A stretch of 63,022 nt of DNA, counting the filler, from Octopus bimaculoides (lineage: Eukaryota): assembly GCF_001194135.2 (NCBI RefSeq). It is 4 parts of 4 records of this genome, joined end to end, with 100 filler letters (N's around TTAATTAATTAA, not from the genome) between each part and the next. Parts side by side here need not be neighbours in the genome. Positions count along the whole stretch, not along the records: positions 52,508 to 61,857 come from NC_068994.1; positions 61,958 to 63,022 come from NW_026334647.1; 2 more parts are not named here. One strand, written 5' to 3'. Below the pieces are notes generated by a model. It was given only the letters and a program-made list of their open reading frames with translations. It was not told the origin of the DNA and searched no databases. Position 1 is the stretch's first letter. Each line of letters begins with the position of its first letter. Position numbers and translations under genes: made by a program. This document shows positions 55,886 through 63,022 of the stretch, one piece after another.

Positions 55886-56305
55886 TCATATAAATATATA
55901 TATATATATATCTCGTTTTTTGATTTGGTTTGCAAGATTTTTTATGTGATTTCGTGTGTTGAAGCATGTTCTGTTGTGTCTGGGGAGAGTCATTCTCTTA
56001 TTGTGTATTAAAATTTAACACCCTCACCGGTAAAATTTCCACTTATTTTTATTTTCCTAAAATTTTCATTTCGTCTTGCACTTGCAACCTTTTCAATAGT
56101 ATCATCATCATCATCATAACATCATTTTCCCTGCTTGCATGGGTCAGATGAAGTTTATTGATGCAAATTTTCTGTACTTATATACATATAAATATATATA
56201 TGTACATATATACATACATACATACATATATGTACAAAGGCGGTGCTCCAGCATGGTTGCAGTCAAATAACTGTAACAAGTAAAAGAATAAAAGAATATA
56301 ATCAT

Positions 56306-56355
<50 letters not shown>

Positions 56356-56602
56356 ACTACTCACACTTTCCTGCACCAATTTGGTTCCATTATTCTAGAA
56401 TCATCACCAGCCAATAAATCAGTAATCTCAAAATGTGTTCAATACAATTTTTCAGTTTATAAAATTGAATCCAACATGTTCCAATGTGACAGAGATCTAA
56501 TTTTAGAAACATATTTGGTGTGAGCTATATTTCATTAGGCATTCTCTGTGCCTTATAAAATATAAAATATCTAAGAAAAGAAACACAATTATATACACTC
56601 AC

Positions 56603-56695
56603 CCTATCCAATCTTCTAAACGACTTATATTCACCCTTCTGTAACTTGAGAGTTTGCTCTGACATGTCTTTATTACCATTTGCTCTCTTTACCAA
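56603..56695 (-). CDS. Weak candidate internal coding exon (LVKRANGNKDMSEQTLKLQKGEYKSFRRLDR)
   Basis: Acceptor CTTACCCCAG, strong donor AGG|GTGAGT, 93 nt, phase 0-0, open frame. No family recognised. Confidence 0.25.
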
Positions 56696-56934
56696 CTGGG
56701 GTAAGTTTGTATCCCCTCTACAGCAAGATGCCTCTCCGTGTCCCTCAGTCATACTTTAAACTCTATCACCAGGTGTCAAACCTCCTCCCTCAATACTATG
56801 CTCCACTCTATTGAGTGAAGGTCTTGTCTTACATTTGGTATAACTTCACTGGCACTGGAGCCCCATAAAAAGCACCCAGTACATTCTGTAAAGCAGTTGA
56901 CATCAGGAAGGGCATTGAATTGTAACAACTGTGT

Positions 56935-57257
56935 GTGTTTGTGTGTGTGTGTGTTGTGCCGCCACCACCACCACTTGACAACTGGTGTTGGTTTGTTTGC
57001 ATCCCCATAACAGCAATTCAGTAAAAGAAACCAATAGAAGACGGTTAAGATAAGTTCTGGGATCAATTTGTTTGCAATGATTGAAACAAAAAAAATGATA
57101 CATATAATGGACTTCTTTCAGTTTCTGTCAACTAAATCCATTCACAAGTCTGATTGGACCATGAATACAGTAGAAGACACTTGCCCAAGTTGCCATGCAG
57201 TGGGACTGAATTCAAAACCATGAGGTTAGAAAGCAAACTTCTTAACCACATTGCCAT
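56935..57257. mobile_element. Two decayed SINE family 1 halves (plus 3' half, then minus 5' half)
   Basis: CTTGACAACTGGTGTTGGTTTGTTTGCATCCCCATAAC...; GACTTCTTTCAGTTTCTG...GAAGACACTTGCCCAAG. Confidence 0.7.
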
Positions 57258-57266
57258 ATATATATT

Positions 57267-57298
<32 letters not shown>

Positions 57299-57868
57299 TG
57301 TAACGTACAAACATTCATTCATACACACACTTGTACACTCTGTCTCCTTTGAATACGTATATTCATTTATAATTAAAACACTGTACAAAGAGATATTTAG
57401 GCTCTGAGATGTGTACATCATCATAAAGCTAATTTGTGATATAGTTTCCTTGTTATTTTAAGGCCATACATACATGTGCAGACTGAATATTAAAGAGCAA
57501 TGTGTTTATAAAATAAATATTATAATTCTGTAAATGAAAGATTTCCATAAATGCCTCATAGATACAAACATTATCATTGCGTTTGATGATTCCTGGCTTG
57601 TTCCCATATATTTAGTTGTGGATATAATGTTTTATCTAGTCTTATTGATATCATGAAGCCATAAATTGACTTTAGACATCTGTGTCTATGACTGTACATG
57701 TATGTATGTATGTGTATATCATGTATAAATGCATGCCTGCGTATATATTTTTTTATACCTTTCTATCTATATGCCAATCTATCTGCATAGCTGTCTATCT
57801 CTACATCTATCTCTCTATACAGCCATCTATTTATAAATTTCTCTCTGTGTCTGTGTATCAATACATAT

Positions 57869-57913
<45 letters not shown>

Positions 57914-58694
57914 TTGCATGTGTGTGTGTACACGTATGTATATGTGTGTATATGCTTATGTATGTGCACATGCACACAAACACACACAAGCACACAAGTT
58001 TTTCATTTCACAAGCAAGGGAAAGAGTATTTAATACATGTTGCAAGGTGCAATTTATTCATGGAAGGCTGGTGCTGTACTCTGTTGCAACTCAGTATTCT
58101 ACTCATGTTGAAAATTGAGTACCAAGGGAGTGTATCACTGCTTTATATGGGCATGTGTGTGTGTGTGTGTGTGTGTGTTATGTATAATGTGAGTCTTGAT
58201 GTGAGAGGTGGGGAGAGAGTCAGATATATACAGATGACTGTATCAAAAGAGTAGAAGACTCCCAAAACAAGTTACTGACAATTCACTTTTGGACATAGAA
58301 CATTGTTTAATTTATCATTAACTCAGTATATGAAAAGTATGTATTTATGACAAAGCTGTACAGCAAGGGCAACACAATATTTAAAATATGACTGTTGTTT
58401 AAGAACGTCTGGTTGCTATTTCTAGCAGGTCAAACAACTACAGCTAGGTTCTCCACATGTATGTGTTGTGTGTTTATGCTATTACTGAATATGAAGGAAT
58501 CATTGATTAGTGTCTTGTAAACTAGTTAATTTGCAGTGAACGTGGAGCATTTTGACTGTACCCGTGTGCTAGAGGGGAAGTCTAAGATCTAAAATGAAGA
58601 CTGAGGGTGAAATCTTATGAAGAATTGTATAAATGTCTTTCAAAGAAGTCTGCCAAAACACAGGGCCTAGTGGATGCACTTATATAATGCTTAT

Positions 58695-58820
58695 ATGGAA
58701 GTAACCACATGCCACATGGAGGTAACCATATGCCACATGGAAGTAACCACATGCCACATGGGAGTAACCACATGCCACATGGGAGTAACCACATGCCACA
58801 TGGAAGTAACCACATCCACA
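58695..58820. repeat. 21-bp minisatellite (ATGGAAGTAACCACATGCCAC)n, about six copies
   Basis: Directly visible; source of the MEVTTCH ORFs. Confidence 0.92.
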
Positions 58821-59127
58821 TACAATCACAAACCGAAACACTACATTCATATTCCTAAAGAAAATATACATACATACATAAAAGGGAAGAGCTTATATGT
58901 AGTTGTTTGACCTGCAAGAAACTGCAGCCAAATCTCCTTACACTACATCCTATCATATTTTTCTTTAAAAAAAATAAAATTTAGGATAATGTAGTGAGGA
59001 ATCAGTTGTCTGGAACTAAGATGTGATGGTCACGGCTAGAATGCTTTGATCATAGGTCCATTTGATCAGACCTGATCAGAGATGGGAAGACCAAATGACA
59101 ACATTCATTCACACACACACACAATTT

Positions 59128-59161
<34 letters not shown>

Positions 59162-59332
59162 NNNNNNNNNNNNNNNNNNNNNNNNNNNNNNNNNNNNNNN
59201 NNNNNNNNNNNNNNNNNNNNNNNNNNNNNNNNNNNNNNNNNNNNNNNNNNNNNNNNNNNNNNNNNNNNNNNNNNNNNNNNNNNNNNNNNNNNNNNNNNNN
59301 NNNNNNNNNNNNNNNNNNNNNNNNNNNNNNNN

Positions 59333-59356
<24 letters not shown>

Positions 59357-59363
<7 letters not shown>

Positions 59364-59560
59364 CTGATCAAAAAGTAGTGGGACTGTTGCTATGGTAGCA
59401 GAATTAAAGTCTACAGAGGGAAGCCACTTGGCACAGATTGACCCAGAACTCTGAGGTACATGTACAAAGTTATAAAGTCCATGCTCATTTCCATTGTTTA
59501 TGGCAGTGCTTGGAAGTCAAATGTGTAGAGTGTAGTCATCTCAAAAAGAAACATTGTCTT
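59357..59560 (+). mobile_element. Mariner left-end fragment, same family as 12582-13262
   Basis: GTCTGATCAAAAAGTA..GACTGTTGCTATGG...GGCACAGATTGACCCAGAACTCTG...GCAGTGCTTGGAAG matches the reverse complement of 13100-13262. Confidence 0.7.
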
Positions 59561-59639
59561 GATCATGTCGAAGAAGAGGAAGCCATTTTGAAAATGGTTA
59601 TAATGAATCATAGGTCTGTGATTGTCACCCCTAACCCCT

Positions 59640-59822
59640 ATTGATTGATAATTGGCTTTTGTTTGTTTACATCCCCAGAACTTAGCAGTTTGGCAGAAGA
59701 GACTGATAGAAGGGGTACTAGACTTAAAAATAAGTACTAAATTTTATTTGTTTGACTAAAACCCTTCAAGACAGTGCCCCAGTATGGCCACAATTGACTG
59801 ACAGAAACAAGTAATAGATTAA
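59640..59822 (+). mobile_element. SINE family 1, decayed 3' half
   Basis: GTTTACATCCCCAGAACTTAGCAGTTTGGCAG...CAGTATGGCCACAATTGACTGACAGAAACAAG. Confidence 0.72.
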
Positions 59823-59937
59823 AGATATGCTGATGCATACATAAGCGTGTGCATACATGCACGCACACACATGCATGCATGTGTACACACGCACACACAG
59901 ATACACACATACATGCATGCACACACAGATACACATA

Positions 59938-60158
59938 TATAAGAGTTGCTAGAAAGTTCCTGGCTTTAAGGATGTCACAAAAGGCCTGGTTGGAGGCCCA
60001 ACATTCTGAGTTCTTTTACAGGGCTCAGAAAAACTGAAGGGCTGGTGCAATAAGTGTGTGAATCTGAGAGGGGAATATATTCAATAAACTCATAATTAGC
60101 TGTTTCTCCTGTATTTTCTTTTACTCAAAGCCAGGAACTTTTCAGTACTCCCTCATTA
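59938..60158 (+). mobile_element. Mariner-derived MITE, about 220 bp
   Basis: Inverted ends AAAGTTCCTGGCTTT and AAAGCCAGGAACTTT. The interior encodes decayed WLEAQHSEFFY, resembling a mariner transposase C-terminus. Confidence 0.7.
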
Positions 60159-60649
60159 ATATACACAAACATGCATGTACGGAAGCAAAACACTTCCCAC
60201 ATTCATGAACTCAAGTGGAAAGCATTGCCAACACAGGAGCATTAACACATGCACACACATGACCAAAATATGCACATAAAAGAGCATATGCACACACACA
60301 CACACATGCATACATAAATACATATATGCAAGCAAAATTACGCATAAACATGAAAGTATCATATACAGTACATAACTTATATGAACATAAATACACAAAT
60401 GTACACACAAACATGTGTATGCATTTGCTTCAATCCAAATTGCAAGCTGCTGAAACAGGTGCTTCAGCAGGCATGGAAACTTTTAGTTTCAGCTAATTGG
60501 TTACTGCTGACTTAATTAAATTATCTATACTTTACTTCCTGTATTGAGTGCTTTTTCTCTTACTCATTATCACTAATGTTTTGCATGCATGCCATGCATG
60601 TGTGCACAGGCACACACAAACATATATGTTAGATAGTTGTCAAACACAA

Positions 60650-60713
<64 letters not shown>

Positions 60714-60912
60714 ACATTTAATCCACACACGTCAATATGCATATACTCACACATATACACAAATAATAATTAGGCTCATATATTTTTATACACAAATGCA
60801 GGCTACACTGCACCATCAAAACAAATCAAGGCAAATGTAATGTACACACTCTCTCACTAAATCAAACTTCATTGACACACAAAAACCTAATGGGATTGTG
60901 TGTGTGTTTGTT

Positions 60913-60952
<40 letters not shown>

Positions 60953-61087
60953 AATGAATCTCCATTCAGGTTTGGCAATGACTATTCAGTTGTTTCATCC
61001 ACTGAACTGTCTACTGAATTAACATACAAGTGGCTGAGGATTCCACAGGTACGGGAACAGTAAAGATGTGCTAGCTGGTGTAGTGTG

Positions 61088-61290
61088 TAAATATTCTATC
61101 TTTTACTTGTTTCAGTCATTAGACTATGGCCATACTGGAGCACAGCTATGAGGAATTTTTAATCAAATGAATCAACCCCAATATATAATGTTATTTTTAA
61201 GCCTTATACTTATTTTATTGTTTCTTTTGCCAAACCACAAAGTTATTGGAATGTAAACACCAACGCCAATGGTGGTGGACAAACACAGAC
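61088..61290 (-). mobile_element. SINE family 1, decayed 3' half
   Basis: TTTTACTTGTTTCAGTCATTAGACTATGGCCATACTGGAGCAC. Confidence 0.75.
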
Positions 61291-61453
61291 ACACATGCAT
61301 ATATATATATATATATATATATCAGAAAGAAGCACACTCTAAAGAATAGAGCAGTAATTATTACAACAAAAATTATATATAGTGGAGATAGTTACCCAAA
61401 GTTTCACATCCACATATATATATATATGTATGTAATATATATGTATATATATA

Positions 61454-61497
<44 letters not shown>

Positions 61498-61603
61498 TGC
61501 ATATAATGGATGTATATGTTTACAAAACATGTATATATATATAATGTATGTATGTGTATATACATGTATATAGATATACATATGTATGTATATATGCATA
61601 TAC

Positions 61604-61650
<47 letters not shown>

Positions 61651-61857
61651 CATACATATATACGCACACACTTTTGTCTGCAAAATAGGAGTAGTTTATC
61701 CTGTTCGGGCTATATTATTAGCATTATCCTGTGATTGAGAATTTAAAATAACTTCTTTAACTTTCTAAGACATCTCAACGCTTCTAAAACAAACTTTGTT
61801 TGTTTGTTTACGTTTATTGTAATTTGAATTTTACACACACACACACACACACACACA

Positions 61858-61957
61858 NNNNNNNNNNNNNNNNNNNNNNNNNNNNNNNNNNNNNNNNNNN
61901 NTTAATTAATTAANNNNNNNNNNNNNNNNNNNNNNNNNNNNNNNNNNNNNNNNNNNN
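61858..61957. other. Artificial scaffold-join spacer
   Basis: 44 N + TTAATTAATTAA + 44 N. Confidence 0.95.
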
Positions 61958-62125
61958 ATATATATATATATATATTTACATAGTTATATTGTTATGCTTC
62001 TCTTCCTTGCTTATAATGTGGTTTAACACAATATTTTGTGAGTAATAAATGGGGGTTGTTAATATTTTTGATATTGTGGCTTTCAGATTCTCGAATGATA
62101 TATATATGCTGCGGCTGACTGAAAA

Positions 62126-62560
62126 TTAGGTAGCGTTCCACTGCCACATATCCCTTACTGATCTATCGATTACCATTGGTGGACCTCTTGAGGAGCTATC
62201 GATTACCATTGGTGGACCTCTTGAGGAGCTATCGATTAACATTGCTGGACCTCCCCTTATAGAGTTATCGATTAGCATTGCTGGGGGTCCACCTTTAGTT
62301 GAATAAGCATAGACGGGTCTTGTATCCTCGTACGGGTTGTATATAACCTCTGGAATAGTGGATACCATTGGATAATTCGTGTATGCAAACTCGCTGGCTC
62401 GTGACTTCGTATCGAATGTTAATTTTTCGTCGTAACGTTCTCCTTTCAAATACCATGCGGCAAATGCATAGAATGTTCCTGTGATGCATGCAAGAATCAT
62501 GCTGACCCAACCAAGGGCGTATGAATACCCGTAGGACCTAGATGTGGCATTTATAAGATC
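62126..62560 (-). CDS. Terminal coding exon of a claudin/PMP22/EMP/MP20-superfamily tetraspan membrane protein (TM4 plus cytoplasmic tail)
   Basis: Strong minus-strand acceptor (T-run then CAG, 62563-62561). The phase-0 open frame reads DLINATSRSYGYSYALGWVSMILACITGTFYAFAAWYLKGERYDEK...WQWNAT and stops at TAA (62128-62126). YGYSYALGW followed by a hydrophobic helix matches the pre-TM4/TM4 pattern of this superfamily. Upstream exons lie outside the window. Confidence 0.85.
   Translation of the reverse strand, partial: DLINATSRSYGYSYALGWVSMILACITGTFYAFAAWYLKGERYDEKLTFDTKSRASEFAYTNYPMVSTIPEVIYNPYEDTRPVYAYSTKGGPPAMLIDNSIRGGPAMLIDSSSRGPPMVIDSSSRGPPMVIDRSVRDMWQWNAT
62163..62296 (-). repeat. Coding tandem repeat, 33-36 bp unit, four imperfect copies
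   Basis: TKGGPPAMLIDN / SIRGGPAMLIDS / SSRGPPMVIDS / SSRGPPMVIDR; the last two units are nearly identical at DNA level. Confidence 0.9.
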
Positions 62561-62836
62561 CTGAAAAAAAAAAAAAATAATAAGAAAATAATGAAAAAGG
62601 AAGAAAAATAGTGAAAAAGAAATTAAAATAGAAGATTCATATTAACCCATTGACCCCCCACCCCAAAGAAACGTTTTAGTAGGTGCAGTTTTATTTGACT
62701 ACACTCACCCCTGAAGATCCAAATTGCAGACGGCCACAAGGTTCTTCTGCTACGGATCGGTAATTGGGGTACAATGCTAATGTTTTTTAAACTATTATAA
62801 AAGTTAATGATTCTAATTAATCATTTACTAAATATG

Positions 62837-62871
<35 letters not shown>

Positions 62872-62880
62872 ATGTCATTT

Positions 62881-63022
62881 AAAACAGTTCGATTCAGTTT
62901 CATGCAACTTAAAGTTTCGCAGGCCCTTAACAGGAACCCAGGCTCTTTCAGACTTTGGTTTACTGCCTCCTGTTAGGAGCTCGCAAAAATTTAAGTCGCA
63001 TGAAACCAAATCAAACAATTTT
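62881..63022. repeat. Imperfect 40-bp inverted repeat (MITE-like), may extend beyond the window
   Basis: 62881-62920 versus the reverse complement of 62983-63022: 32/40 identical. Confidence 0.65.

Overview
AT-rich, microsatellite-saturated eukaryotic DNA. The repeat families look like those I recall from Octopus, but that taxonomic call is recall, not a search result. The window is about four assembly scaffolds joined by three identical artificial 100-nt spacers (44 N + TTAATTAATTAA + 44 N), plus many ordinary N gaps. Only one protein-coding exon is well supported: the terminal exon of a claudin/PMP22/EMP/MP20-family gene on the minus strand (62560-62126), whose cytoplasmic tail carries 11-12-aa repeats. 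The rest is intronic or intergenic. It contains three decayed RTE-clade LINE copies plus scattered copies of their (GAT)n 3' end, at least three tRNA-headed SINE families, decayed mariner elements, a hAT-type element with tandemly amplified left ends, foldback MITEs, a HINE/DINE-1-like element and Penelope-like pLTR fragments. Most long ORFs in the track are microsatellite or N-gap artefacts. I cannot support a new multi-gene system here. The best leads are a variant minimal hammerhead-ribozyme-like fold in Penelope-like repeats (51839-51876, with a decayed copy at 4946-4984), a 184-bp templated-insertion scar (26213-26396), an apparent CpG-content switch at the scaffold joins, and a few weak candidate exons.
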